A stretch of DNA of 64,000 nt from Alphaproteobacteria bacterium (GTDB lineage Bacteria; Pseudomonadota; Alphaproteobacteria; CAAGCB01; CAG-977). The DNA lies in the NCBI GenBank assembly GCA_024413465.1, contig JAKSVU010000001.1:90934-154933 (forward strand), read 5' to 3'. The notes below the pieces were generated by a model. It saw nothing but the letters and a program-made list of their open reading frames with translations, was not told the DNA's origin and ran no database searches. Made by a program: the position numbers and the translations under genes. Below are positions 10,291 to 21,208 of the stretch, one piece after another; positions within the stretch are counted from its first letter, which is position 1; the number at the start of each line of letters is the position of its first letter.

Positions 10291-10874
10291 AGTATTTCTT
10301 TATTTAATTGTTCGTACAGAAGTAAAAGTGAAAAATAATCGGTTAAGCTTGTTATAGAAATTTTCAACTCACTGTTTGTAAAATTGACAATGAATTTGCC
10401 AGCAATTTCATTTCGAGGTGGAATAATTGTAAAGGAAGAAATTTGTTTTAGATTATAAATAGTTACTCCATACTGATCGGATGATTTAAAAAAATTGAAA
10501 ATTTGTTTTTTTGTTAAAATTATAAATTCACCAGAATTTTCTAATTCAATAGAAAAAGTAATATTTTCGATTTTTTCAAAATCTGAAAAAAGAAGATTAA
10601 CTTGTTTTGATAATATTTTGTTTTTACTTAATATATTGTTTTTTAAAGTGGTAATTTCATCTGCAGAAATTTCTTCTCTTGGTTTTATATTTCCTGAAGT
10701 TTTGCCAAGATTTAGCTCATTAGCTTTATCTTTTACATCATTTAATTTTTGTTTTGCTTTTTCTGTAAGTTCATTTACATCAAGATTCTTAGCTTTTTCA
10801 ACAACTCCTCCTAAAAAACCTGATAATTTTTTCCCAACTTCTTGAACTTTTTCATTTGACTGCAATTCTGCCAT
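10287..10874 (-). CDS. Hypothetical protein: amphipathic N-terminal helix and possible PH-like C-terminal domain
   Basis: 195-aa ORF with GGAGG RBS, between malQ and mltB, overlapping the mltB start. Confidence 0.7.
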   Translation of the reverse strand: MAELQSNEKVQEVGKKLSGFLGGVVEKAKNLDVNELTEKAKQKLNDVKDKANELNLGKTSGNIKPREEISADEITTLKNNILSKNKILSKQVNLLFSDFEKIENITFSIELENSGEFIILTKKQIFNFFKSSDQYGVTIYNLKQISSFTIIPPRNEIAGKFIVNFTNSELKISITSLTDYFSLLLLYEQLNKEIL

Positions 10875-10885
10875 GTTTCCTCCAT

Positions 10886-13033
10886 TTAAATTCTTGATGA
10901 ATTAACAATATTACATATTTTTTTCATTGAACAATTATCTTTTAAATCTTCTAATTTTACAGGAAGTTTTATTCTCCAATTAGGATATTCATTTGTTGTT
11001 CCAGGAACATTCATTTGTTCTTTTTGAGATAAAACATCTTCAAGTTGAACTAAAAAAACTTTACTGGAAGTGGTAGACAAATAGCGATATACCATTTCTA
11101 CCATTTTTGGAGGAATTTCACCACCAGTTATCTGTTTTTCAAAATTTTTCTTATCCATAAACCACAATCCTTGCTTTGACAAAGCTTCAATTAAAAATTT
11201 ACGATCAGATTTTCTTGAATTTGTTGCATTTTCATAAGAAATTTCATCGGCAAAACATCCCAAAGTTTTGCTAAATTTTATATCATCTTCAGCCCAATAT
11301 CCCAACAATGTTGGCATATCATGAGTTCCTGCAGCAGCTAATGCTGAAGATGGGTAATTTTGAGGTTCAATATATGACCCATCTTGATTTTTTTCAAATC
11401 TGCATACTTTAAAAGAAAGAATACCTGCCTCGTGTAAAGCTTCTCTGAAAAAGTCAGGAACGACCCCTAAATCCTCACCAATAACAAGACATTTGTTTCT
11501 GTGGCTTTCTAGTGCAACAATTCCTACAATGTCAGAAAAAGGATACATTATATAGGCTCCAGGCTCATTTTTGGGAATACAAAATAATCGAGCTAGTCCC
11601 ATCGCATGATCAATACGAACAGCCCCTGCTCGTTTCATATTTGCTTGTAAAATCTTTCGGTATGTTTTGTAGCCTTCTTTTTTCATTTCTTTCGGACGCA
11701 TTGGTGCAACTCCCCAACTTTGCCCATTAGCATTAAATATATCAGGAGGAGAACCTATACTTAAATCAACTGAAAATAAATCTTGATTACTCCAAGTTTC
11801 TGAACTTTCTGATGCGACACCTACAGCCAAATCTTGGTATATTCCTATTTTTAATCCAGCAATATTCACTTCATCAGAAGCCCTTTTTAATTGTCTATCA
11901 GCAATCCAAAAAAGATATTTAAAAAACATTATTCTGTCTGAATGTTCTTTTGCAAAATTTGATACAGTTTCACTATTAGGATCATGAAAACCTTTATCCC
12001 AAGAAAGAAAACCAATGTTTTTATTTTTCAAAGCAAAATTTTCAGCTAAAACTTGATATAGGGCAACATTCTCGAGAGATTTTCCATTTTCAATACAAAA
12101 TTCATCAAAATCTTTATCTCCTTTAAAATCTGCATATAAAGCTTCAAGAGCCTGCATTTTTAATTTACCAACAGCCGTATAATTTACAATTTTACTTTCT
12201 CGAACACATGTAAGATCTTTCTGAAAATCCGATGTTTTTATGAGATTATCAAAATGTTTTCCTTTGTGTTCTACGGAAAAAATATCAATATACAATGGGT
12301 TTAAAAATTGCCTTGTAGATGAATAATATGGACTTGCTGTTTCTACTGACGATAAAAATGCAACATTTACAGGATTTATTCCTAAAATATCAGCACCAAA
12401 AGATGCAGCAATTTTTCCCATTTTCCCCAAATCAGAAAAATCACCTATTCCTTGGCTATTTTCAGAATGTAAGGCGTATAATTGTAGAGGGAAGCCCCAA
12501 GGCTTTCCACCTTGTTCCATAAATTCAGGTTGATAACATTTTTGTGGTACTACAATAAAAGAACATTCCTTTCCTTTTGAAGCAAAATTCTGTCCAAAAA
12601 CATTAAGAGTATGATATCCTAATTTCTTAGGAATTTTTAAAGAAAGAATTTTTTGTTCAAATTTTTCATTTTCTTTTACAGTTTTTAACTCATCTAAATC
12701 TAATTCTTGTGTATATTTCTCACCATCTTCAAATGTAATAAGATATGATGTTTTTTTCTTGCAAACGGATTTTTTTATATTGACAGGAATATCAACGGTC
12801 TCTTTTTCATATCTTGCGACAACTACGTAAGGTAAAGCCCTGCTGAATTCATCTTCTTCCATTTTTTCAAGAGATTGTTTTGCTTTTTTTTCGGAAGAAA
12901 TATCTACTTTTAAAGAAGTTAGTAAAGCTTTTTTTGTTTCTATAGAGGTAGTATAAAGTTTTCCTTCTGCAAAAAATTCTGGCAAAATTCCCATTTTTTC
13001 CGCTAAAATATTAATAATATCATCGTAAGACAT
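10886..13033 (-). CDS. malQ: 4-alpha-glucanotransferase (amylomaltase, GH77)
   Basis: QLYAL, GIGDFSDL, SPY, RIDH, IGEDLG, THD, MNVPGT, NWR. Confidence 0.95.
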   Translation of the reverse strand: MSYDDIINILAEKMGILPEFFAEGKLYTTSIETKKALLTSLKVDISSEKKAKQSLEKMEEDEFSRALPYVVVARYEKETVDIPVNIKKSVCKKKTSYLITFEDGEKYTQELDLDELKTVKENEKFEQKILSLKIPKKLGYHTLNVFGQNFASKGKECSFIVVPQKCYQPEFMEQGGKPWGFPLQLYALHSENSQGIGDFSDLGKMGKIAASFGADILGINPVNVAFLSSVETASPYYSSTRQFLNPLYIDIFSVEHKGKHFDNLIKTSDFQKDLTCVRESKIVNYTAVGKLKMQALEALYADFKGDKDFDEFCIENGKSLENVALYQVLAENFALKNKNIGFLSWDKGFHDPNSETVSNFAKEHSDRIMFFKYLFWIADRQLKRASDEVNIAGLKIGIYQDLAVGVASESSETWSNQDLFSVDLSIGSPPDIFNANGQSWGVAPMRPKEMKKEGYKTYRKILQANMKRAGAVRIDHAMGLARLFCIPKNEPGAYIMYPFSDIVGIVALESHRNKCLVIGEDLGVVPDFFREALHEAGILSFKVCRFEKNQDGSYIEPQNYPSSALAAAGTHDMPTLLGYWAEDDIKFSKTLGCFADEISYENATNSRKSDRKFLIEALSKQGLWFMDKKNFEKQITGGEIPPKMVEMVYRYLSTTSSKVFLVQLEDVLSQKEQMNVPGTTNEYPNWRIKLPVKLEDLKDNCSMKKICNIVNSSRI

Positions 13034-13052
13034 CTATTCCTATACCTCTTTA

Positions 13053-15329
13053 TTATTTTACAAAAAATAAATCAGATAAATCTTTCGCTGTTGCTACTGG
13101 TCCAAAAGCCCCATAGGTTATGTAGTCCAATTTATCTAGATCTGTTATATTTGCAACGATTTTACTTAAATATAAATCTTTTGCATCACGATTTGTTGAA
13201 AAATGTTCATTTTTATATGGATTTTCTGTTGAAAAAATAAGAAATGACCAAGCTGGAACTGAAATTTTTTCACCAACGTTTACAGAATTTTTTATCTCAA
13301 AGGAAATATCTGTTTGAGATGTATCTAAAATCAAATTCCATTTGTTACATGCTGAGTATTCAGGAATTGTCCAATCAATATTTTCATTTTCAGCATTCAA
13401 AATAAAAAGTAAGTGATCTTGGAAAGTAAGGATATCTTCTCTTTCTTGATTTCCAGATATAATAAGTCCCAATTTTTTTAAACTAGAGTCATTCCATTCT
13501 GTGTTTGTTAATTCACATCCGTTCTGAGCTATCCACGTGATGTCTTTTGTTCCGAATATCTTTTTTCCAGAATAGTAAGTTCTTCTTTGAAAAATTTTAT
13601 TTTTCTTTCTAAATTTTATGAGTTTTTTCATAAATTCAAAAAATAAGATATCTTCACTAGATTTATCATCCCAATTGAGCCAACTAATTTCACTATCTTG
13701 GCAATAAGCATTATTATTCCCTTTTTGAGTACGACCAAATTCATCTCCAGCTGTAATCATAGGTGTTCCTAAGGACATCAATAATGTAGTCATCATTGCT
13801 TTCATTCTTTTATATCGCAATGATATGATGTTTTTATCATTAGAAACCCCCTCACAACCACAATTCCAAGAATTATTGTCATTTGATCCATCATTGTTAT
13901 TTTCGCAATTTGATAGATTGTTTTTATTATCATAACAAACAAGATCTTTTAATGTAAAACCATCATGAGCTGTAATGAAATTTATACTTGACCAAGGATG
14001 CCTACTTCTATAATTGAAAGTTTCACTTGATCCTGATAAACGACAAGCTAAGTTTCCAATTTGACCAGAGTCCCCTTTCCAGAATTTACGCACAGTGTCT
14101 CTAAAACGATCATTCCATTCGCTCCACCCTGGAGGAAATGCTCCAATTTGATAACCACCCAATCCTACATCCCAAGGTTCTGCAATCATTTTAACTTTTT
14201 GTAAAATAGGATCTTGTTGAACAGCAGAAAGAAAAGGTGAATTTTGTGAAAAGCCTTGAGAAGTTCTAGCTAATGTTGTTGCTAAATCAAATCTAAAACC
14301 ATCAATATGAAATTCTTGAACCCAATATCTTAAAGAATCCATTACTAATTGTAAAACACGAGGATGTTCAACATTAAAAGAAGCTCCACAACCAGTCGAA
14401 TCTTCGTAATATCTAGGATTATCATTATTGAGTCTGTAATAAACAGCATTATCAATACCACGGAATGATACGGTAACTCCCATTTGATTGCCTTCACCAG
14501 TATGGTTATAAACAACATCCATAATTACTTCAATTCCAGCATCATGAAATATTTTTACCATATTCTTTATTTCAGAAATATCATTGCTATGTAAATATGG
14601 TGTATGTGGTGCAAAAAAACATATAGGGTCATATCCCCAATAATTTGTTAAATTATTTTTTAACAAATGTTGTGGTGTAAAAAATGCTTGTATTGGTAAT
14701 AATTCAACAGAAGTAATCCCTAAATTTTTAAAATAATTAATGGATGTTGTAGTTGACATAGCTTCAAATGTACCACGAACTTCCTTATCAATTTCGCTAT
14801 TTCTAAAAGAGAAACCTTTTAAATGAGTTTCATATATAATTGTATCTGACCATGGAATTTGGGGATACACATCTCCATTCCATAAAAATTTATCGTCAAC
14901 AACTCTACATTTAGGTACATAAGCAGCACTATTGTTTCTATCTAGTGTAAGATCTTCTTTTGCAGTTCCTGATCTGTATCCTTGCATAGATGGATGGAAT
15001 ATAAGTGGTCCCGTAATAGATTTTGCATAAGGATCTAATAATAATTTGTTATGATTAAATCTATATCCTTTTTCAGGCTCAAAAGGACCATAAACGCGAT
15101 ATCCATATAATTGCCCAACAGAAATATTTGGAATGTACACATGCCATACTTCATCTGTTTTTTCTGGCATTAAAATTCTGCATAATTCTTCTTTGCCACT
15201 TTGGTCAAATAAACAAAGATAAACTCGTTCAGCATTTGCAGAAAAAATTGCAAAATTTACCCCAAAACCATCCCACGTTGCCCCTAATGGATATGGAGAA
15301 CCATTCAAAATTGTTAAATTATCCAACAT
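13053..15329 (-). CDS. glgX: Glycogen debranching enzyme (isoamylase, GH13)
   Basis: PLGATWDG, NYWGYDP, DVVYNHT, GFRFDLA, AEPWD, AHDGFTL, GNNNAYCQD. Confidence 0.96.
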   Translation of the reverse strand: MLDNLTILNGSPYPLGATWDGFGVNFAIFSANAERVYLCLFDQSGKEELCRILMPEKTDEVWHVYIPNISVGQLYGYRVYGPFEPEKGYRFNHNKLLLDPYAKSITGPLIFHPSMQGYRSGTAKEDLTLDRNNSAAYVPKCRVVDDKFLWNGDVYPQIPWSDTIIYETHLKGFSFRNSEIDKEVRGTFEAMSTTTSINYFKNLGITSVELLPIQAFFTPQHLLKNNLTNYWGYDPICFFAPHTPYLHSNDISEIKNMVKIFHDAGIEVIMDVVYNHTGEGNQMGVTVSFRGIDNAVYYRLNNDNPRYYEDSTGCGASFNVEHPRVLQLVMDSLRYWVQEFHIDGFRFDLATTLARTSQGFSQNSPFLSAVQQDPILQKVKMIAEPWDVGLGGYQIGAFPPGWSEWNDRFRDTVRKFWKGDSGQIGNLACRLSGSSETFNYRSRHPWSSINFITAHDGFTLKDLVCYDNKNNLSNCENNNDGSNDNNSWNCGCEGVSNDKNIISLRYKRMKAMMTTLLMSLGTPMITAGDEFGRTQKGNNNAYCQDSEISWLNWDDKSSEDILFFEFMKKLIKFRKKNKIFQRRTYYSGKKIFGTKDITWIAQNGCELTNTEWNDSSLKKLGLIISGNQEREDILTFQDHLLFILNAENENIDWTIPEYSACNKWNLILDTSQTDISFEIKNSVNVGEKISVPAWSFLIFSTENPYKNEHFSTNRDAKDLYLSKIVANITDLDKLDYITYGAFGPVATAKDLSDLFFVK

Positions 15330-15350
15330 ACCAAAAATAAAGTTCTGTAT

Positions 15351-17558
15351 TTATTGTTGAAGAATAAACATTACTGTTGCTAATGGTGGTAATCTAAATG
15401 ACAAAGAATATGGTCGATTATTCCACCCATCATTTTGTGTTTCAAGTTTTACAGAGTTAACTACTCCACTCCCACCATAAATTTCTGCGTCAGAATTGAA
15501 AATTTCAACATACTTACCTTCCTTAGGAACACCAATTTTGAAGTTTTCGCGAGGAACAGGCGTAAAATTTGAAACGACTACAACCATATCTTCTCTATTT
15601 TTACCATATCTGATAAAACTAAATACGCTTTCATCACCATTATTTGGGTCAATCCACTCAAAGCCATCTGGAGTATAATCTTGTTGATACATTGCTGGCA
15701 AATCTTTGTAAAGTTTGTTCAAATCTTTTACAGTGTTCTGAACCCCGCGATGCATAGGATCATTTAATAAATGCCAACTCAAAGAACCATTGTAATCCCA
15801 TTCTCTATCCTGAGCAAATTCTCCCCCCATAAATAACAATTTTTTACCAGGGAAAGCATACATAAATCCGTAATAGGCACGTAAGTTAGCAAATTTTTGC
15901 CAACGGTCTCCAGACATTTTATTTAACAAAGAACATTTTCCATGAACTACTTCATCGTGGCTTAATGGTAAAACAAAGTTTTCATTATAAGCATACAACA
16001 TTCCAAAGGTCATTTTATTATGTTGATATTTTCTGTAAACAGGATCTAAAGACATATAGTCTAAAGTATCATGCATCCATCCCATATTCCATTTATAACC
16101 GAATCCAAGTCCTCCCATATAAGTTGGTCTTGAAACCATTGGCCATGCTGTTGATTCTTCTGCAAAAGTTGCTGCACCTGGAGCATTTGCATATACAAGC
16201 TCATTTGTCTTTTTCAGAAATTCAACAGCTTCTAAATCTTCATGTCCACCAAATTTATTTGGAATCCATTCACCAGCTTTTCTGCTGTAATCAAGGTAAA
16301 GCATGGAGGCAACAGCATCTACTCGTAAGCCATCTATTTGGTATTCTTTGTTCCAGAATAAAGCATTTGATGTCAAGAAGTTACTAACTTCGCGTCTATC
16401 ATAATTGTAGATTTTTGTTCCCCAGTCACGATGTTCTCCACGTCTAGGATCCGCATGTTCATATAATGCAGTTCCATCAAAGTCAGCTAAACCAAAAGAA
16501 TCCTTTGGAAAATGGCCGGGAACCCAATCCATAATTACACCTATTCCTGCACTATGAAATGCATCGACAAGTTCCTTAAATTCTAATGGATTACCAAAGC
16601 GACTTGTCGGAGCATACAACCCCGTAGCTTGATATCCCCACGATCCATCAAAAGGATGTTCATTTACTGGAAGCATTTCAACATGAGTATATCCCATGTC
16701 TTTTACATAATTCACTAAATCTGAAGCCATTTCTTTATAAGACAAATAAGAGTTATCTTCAAAGTGTCTCTTCCATGATCCTAAATGAACTTCATAAATT
16801 GAAATAGGTTCATCTAAGGCATTTAATTTTTCACGTTTTTTGGACCATCCTTTCGATTTCCATTCATATTGATTGATATCAAAAACAACAGAAGCTGTGG
16901 AAGGTCTCTTTTCTGCATAGAATGCAATTGGATCTGCTTTTAAAGGCAAAATATTACCATCTGATGAAATTAATTCATATTTGTATAAAGCTCCTTGTGT
17001 GATGTGTGGAATAAAGATTTCCCAAATTCCAGATGATCCACGAGGTCTCATCATATGTCTACGACCATCCCACTCATTAAAAGGGCCAACCACAGAAACG
17101 CGTTTTGCATTTGGTGCCCAAAGAGCAAAAACAACTCCATCAACGTTATCATGTTTTATGACGTGAGCACCTAGTCTATCATATTCGTCTAAGTGTGTTC
17201 CTTCTGACATATAGTACAAATCCATTTCACCTAATACTGGTGGAAATCTGTAAGCATCTTCAGTATCGTAACTTTCTCCCTGCCATAAATCGATTCTTAA
17301 TCTATATTTGAAAAAGTCCCAATTTGAAGGAAATTCATATTGGAATAAACCTGAATTATGTACACGCTCCATTTGAGCCATAATATTTCCAGTTTCATAT
17401 TCTAAGATATATACATTCTGAGCTTGAGGTTGAAAGGTTCTTACAACTAATTCTCCATCTGTTCCTTCTTTATGCATACCTAAGATAGAGAACGGATCAC
17501 CATAACCAGATGTAACAAGAGCTTCAACAACATTTTCATCTAAAAAATTTTTCATCAT
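15351..17558 (-). CDS. glgB: 1,4-alpha-glucan branching enzyme
   Basis: WAPNA, YEVHLGSW, SWGYQ, DWVPGHF, RVDAVASM, EEST, LSHDEVVHGK; start placed at the ATG behind a GGAGA RBS. Confidence 0.97.
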   Translation of the reverse strand: MMKNFLDENVVEALVTSGYGDPFSILGMHKEGTDGELVVRTFQPQAQNVYILEYETGNIMAQMERVHNSGLFQYEFPSNWDFFKYRLRIDLWQGESYDTEDAYRFPPVLGEMDLYYMSEGTHLDEYDRLGAHVIKHDNVDGVVFALWAPNAKRVSVVGPFNEWDGRRHMMRPRGSSGIWEIFIPHITQGALYKYELISSDGNILPLKADPIAFYAEKRPSTASVVFDINQYEWKSKGWSKKREKLNALDEPISIYEVHLGSWKRHFEDNSYLSYKEMASDLVNYVKDMGYTHVEMLPVNEHPFDGSWGYQATGLYAPTSRFGNPLEFKELVDAFHSAGIGVIMDWVPGHFPKDSFGLADFDGTALYEHADPRRGEHRDWGTKIYNYDRREVSNFLTSNALFWNKEYQIDGLRVDAVASMLYLDYSRKAGEWIPNKFGGHEDLEAVEFLKKTNELVYANAPGAATFAEESTAWPMVSRPTYMGGLGFGYKWNMGWMHDTLDYMSLDPVYRKYQHNKMTFGMLYAYNENFVLPLSHDEVVHGKCSLLNKMSGDRWQKFANLRAYYGFMYAFPGKKLLFMGGEFAQDREWDYNGSLSWHLLNDPMHRGVQNTVKDLNKLYKDLPAMYQQDYTPDGFEWIDPNNGDESVFSFIRYGKNREDMVVVVSNFTPVPRENFKIGVPKEGKYVEIFNSDAEIYGGSGVVNSVKLETQNDGWNNRPYSLSFRLPPLATVMFILQQ

Positions 17559-17559
17559 A

Positions 17560-19086
17560 TTATTCTCCATCAAAGTTAATTAATCTGGTTAATCCATTCA
17601 TTGGAATAGATACCCAATCAGGTCTATTAGCAACTTCATAAATTACTTCATAAAGAGCCTTTTCTAAAATAAACAAATTCAAAAGATCATTAGCAATTTT
17701 TGAATCATTTGGTACCGATTTTACACCGAATATTGTTTTAAAATATCCATCTAAATAAGCATCAGTTGTTTCTTGTTGCCATTTTTTTGCTAAAAGATAT
17801 TTTTCTTTTATCTGTTCTTTTGAAACGTACATATAAAGAGAGCCAAAAGCAGCATAATCAAAGGAACGAACCATTCCAGCTACATCTTTCAAAACACAAT
17901 GAGTATTCTGACGTTCATTAATAGGTTTTAATGGTTCTCCTTCAAAATCAAGAAGATAAAAATCATTGTTTGAAATGACAACTTGTCCTAAATGATAATC
18001 ACCATGATATCTTGTTTTGAAGCAAGATATATCTTGAGGAAGAAGTTTATTAACCTGTTTTTCAATTATATTCATACTTCTAATGAGTTTTTCTACTTGT
18101 GTTTTTACTTCACCTGATAAATTTGTAATATGCTCTTTTGCTACAGCAATTGTTTTCTCAGCCTGATTCAAAACTTGAGATTTCCAATCTTGTAAATCTT
18201 TAGTTGAAATCTTTACAGGGGAAAATATTTTATCAGTTCCCGTCGAAAAAGCTTTGTGCATTTCTGCAGTTCTTACACCTAAAAGATATGCTAATTTCAA
18301 ATAATTAGCATGATCAGTGAGGTTGTTTTCGTAAACATTTTTAAGATAAGATAATGTATAATTCCAACCATCTCCTTCATTTTGAACAAACTCTTGTAAA
18401 ATAGCTAAAGCAAGTTTTTTACCATTTTCTAGTTCAACTTCTATTTTGCCAAGATAAGCAGGAATATTTTCGAAATGAGCGTTTTCTGTTAAAAATGAAG
18501 AAGTTGTAATCTCTGGATTTTCACCATATTCAATTCTTCTGTAAACTTTCAACATCACTTTTTTACCAACAATTAGAGATGTATTGCTCTGCTCTACCCC
18601 CATTTTTTTCTGAGGTAATCCTCTTACAAGGTTTAATAATTTTTTTCCATAGGAAGTCGTATAAGAAATTAATTTACTTTTGTTTGATAGATTTATGGTC
18701 CTATCTTGTTCAAGGAATTGAAATAATTTTTCTGAAAAATTCGTAGCACCAGAAGCATCATAAATAATACCGACTTTATCATCAAAAGTTATATTAGCTA
18801 TAACATCAACAGAATCTATGTTATTTTCTTCAGAAAACGAAATACCTAGTGGTAAAACGAACATTGGATTTAAATTATCAGATAAATATGTTTTTAGGAT
18901 AACGAAAGCAAAGTCATTCTGTAAGATGAAAGTATTTTCAATTGAAATAGATTTTAAAACAGAGTCTTTTGCGCTATACCAACGTTTTGTTGGTATAAAA
19001 TCTTTTAATCTTAAAGACAAATCAGAAATAAATTTACTGTTTTGTAATAATATATTTAAATTATCTGACAACACACTTATTGACAT
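17560..19086 (-). CDS. mak: Maltokinase (Mak/Pep2), stand-alone, equivalent to the C-terminal half of TreS-Pep2 fusions
   Basis: KRWY, EQSNTS, LKVYRR, RYHGDYHLGQV, DFEGEP, EKALYEV..E...RPDW; AAGGAGA RBS before ATG 19086. Confidence 0.9.
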   Translation of the reverse strand: MSISVLSDNLNILLQNSKFISDLSLRLKDFIPTKRWYSAKDSVLKSISIENTFILQNDFAFVILKTYLSDNLNPMFVLPLGISFSEENNIDSVDVIANITFDDKVGIIYDASGATNFSEKLFQFLEQDRTINLSNKSKLISYTTSYGKKLLNLVRGLPQKKMGVEQSNTSLIVGKKVMLKVYRRIEYGENPEITTSSFLTENAHFENIPAYLGKIEVELENGKKLALAILQEFVQNEGDGWNYTLSYLKNVYENNLTDHANYLKLAYLLGVRTAEMHKAFSTGTDKIFSPVKISTKDLQDWKSQVLNQAEKTIAVAKEHITNLSGEVKTQVEKLIRSMNIIEKQVNKLLPQDISCFKTRYHGDYHLGQVVISNNDFYLLDFEGEPLKPINERQNTHCVLKDVAGMVRSFDYAAFGSLYMYVSKEQIKEKYLLAKKWQQETTDAYLDGYFKTIFGVKSVPNDSKIANDLLNLFILEKALYEVIYEVANRPDWVSIPMNGLTRLINFDGE

Positions 19087-19096
19087 TTCAATCTCC

Positions 19097-21208
19097 TTAC
19101 CAACCGTGATCAATTACAGTTACCCGATATATTTCTGCTTGATTTCCTGCTGGATACAAATTTATCCATAATTCGTTACCACGAACATCAAATTCACGAC
19201 CACTCAAAAGTTCCTCAACATGAAATCTTCCGGCCCAAGCAACATTCATTTCTTCTGTCGGGAACCAGATTCTTCCTGATTGACCATTGTAAGGATCCAA
19301 ACTCAAAGCAACAAAAATCATATTGCTACAATCTTCTGTCATTTTCCCGTAGAACAAAATATTATCGTTTTCAGAAGTATAAAATCTTAAATTTTCATAA
19401 TTTTGCAATGCAGGATTTTCACCACGAATCCAGTTTATAGATGCTATTAAATCTTTAATATTTCCTTCTTGATTCCAATCTCTTGTCCTAATTTCATATT
19501 TTTCTGAATTATTAAATTCTTCTTTTCCGTATATACCGTCATTTTCGCATAGTTCATATCCATTCAACATGCCGTAGGATGGAGAAAGAGTTGCTGCTAA
19601 AATGAATCTGATAATAAATGCGGATCTTGGAGCATCATGTAGGTAAAACGGCATGATATCCGGTGTAGTTGGAAATAAATTTGGCCTAAAAAATTCTTTC
19701 AGATGAGATTGGGTCAATTCTGAAAAATATTTTGTTAATTCATATTTATTTTCTCTCCAAGTGAAATAAGAATACGATTGAGAGAAACCAATTTTTGCAA
19801 GCATTTGCATCATTGGAGGACGAGTAAATGCTTCTGCTAAAAATAACGTATCTGGATATATTTTTTGTACTTCTCTAATAACCCATTCCCAAAATGGAAC
19901 AGATTTTGTATGAGGATTATCTATTCTAAATATACGAATTCCCTCATTGGCCCAAAATAGGAACGTATCTCGAAGTTCTATCCATAATGCCTCAGAATTT
20001 TTTCCATAAAAATCAACATTAACAATATCCTGATATTTTTTAGGTGGATTTTCAGCATATTTAATTGTTCCATCTGGTCTAAAAGTAAACCATTCTGGAT
20101 GTTCTTTTATCCAGGGATGATCAGGAGAACATTGAATTGCAAAATCTAAGGCAACTTCCATTCCTAATTCTCTTGTTTTTGAAACAAAAGAACGAAAATC
20201 ATCCATAGTGCCTAATAAAGGATTTATTGCCTTATGTCCTCCATCAGAATTTCCAATGGCATACGGAGATCCAACATCATTAGGATTACACTCTAAAGAG
20301 TTATTTTTCCCTTTTCTGTGTGAATATCCAATTGGATGTATTGGTAATAGATATACGACATCAAAACCCATTTTCTGAATATCAGGTAATCTTTTTTCAG
20401 CATCTTTAAAAGTACCGTGTTTCCCAGGAATTGAGCTTTGACAACGAACATTCATCTCATACCACGCTGAAAATCTTGCTCTTTCACGATCAACGTAAAC
20501 TTCTAATTCTCGGTCATATCTTGTAGCCTGATTTCTGTCAGGCCATCTATCCATAGCTTCACAGACTTCTGGATGCATTAATAATCCTGCTCTATCGTAC
20601 ATATCTGTAGATTTATCAAAATAAAATAAAGCTTCTTTTAACAGGTTTAAATCTGCTTTTCGAGTCAACTCATCTCTAGAATCGTTCATGTTTTCTAAAC
20701 GTTCTATTGCTTTTTGAACCATTCTAGATCCTTCGATTAGCTCTAGAGATACATCTTGGCCAGCTTCAATTTTTTTACCGGTTCCATCTAACCAAGTACC
20801 ATATTCATCAACCCAAGCTTCAATCGTATAGACATATCTTGTATTAGTTCCAAACCAAAGAGTTCCTTCCCATTCTGCTAGTCCGTGATTTGTTTCATAC
20901 ATAGGCGTTTCCCACCATTCATCAGAATCTGCATAACGGCAAAGAATAGCAGCTTTTAACAGATCATGACCATCTTTAAAGATATTAGCAGAAACATGCA
21001 TTGTATCACCAACTTCACGTTTTACTGCAAAACGACCTTCATCAACCTGTGGATACACATTCTCTATGGTAATTGGTGAACTAGCGGCTAAATCCATCAA
21101 ATGGTTATGTTTTTCCTTAATTACCCAACCTCTTTTGCTAACGTCTTTTATATCTGAACCAGATAAAACAGGTGTTCTTTTGGGTTTAATTTGTCGGATA
21201 TTAACCAT
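19097..21208 (-). CDS. glgE: Alpha-1,4-glucan:maltose-1-phosphate maltosyltransferase
   Basis: RARFSAWYE, PIHPIG, GSPYAIG, YAENPPKKYQDI, RIDNPHTK, FLAEAFTRP; start placed at the ATG behind a GAGGAA RBS. Confidence 0.95.
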   Translation of the reverse strand: MVNIRQIKPKRTPVLSGSDIKDVSKRGWVIKEKHNHLMDLAASSPITIENVYPQVDEGRFAVKREVGDTMHVSANIFKDGHDLLKAAILCRYADSDEWWETPMYETNHGLAEWEGTLWFGTNTRYVYTIEAWVDEYGTWLDGTGKKIEAGQDVSLELIEGSRMVQKAIERLENMNDSRDELTRKADLNLLKEALFYFDKSTDMYDRAGLLMHPEVCEAMDRWPDRNQATRYDRELEVYVDRERARFSAWYEMNVRCQSSIPGKHGTFKDAEKRLPDIQKMGFDVVYLLPIHPIGYSHRKGKNNSLECNPNDVGSPYAIGNSDGGHKAINPLLGTMDDFRSFVSKTRELGMEVALDFAIQCSPDHPWIKEHPEWFTFRPDGTIKYAENPPKKYQDIVNVDFYGKNSEALWIELRDTFLFWANEGIRIFRIDNPHTKSVPFWEWVIREVQKIYPDTLFLAEAFTRPPMMQMLAKIGFSQSYSYFTWRENKYELTKYFSELTQSHLKEFFRPNLFPTTPDIMPFYLHDAPRSAFIIRFILAATLSPSYGMLNGYELCENDGIYGKEEFNNSEKYEIRTRDWNQEGNIKDLIASINWIRGENPALQNYENLRFYTSENDNILFYGKMTEDCSNMIFVALSLDPYNGQSGRIWFPTEEMNVAWAGRFHVEELLSGREFDVRGNELWINLYPAGNQAEIYRVTVIDHGW

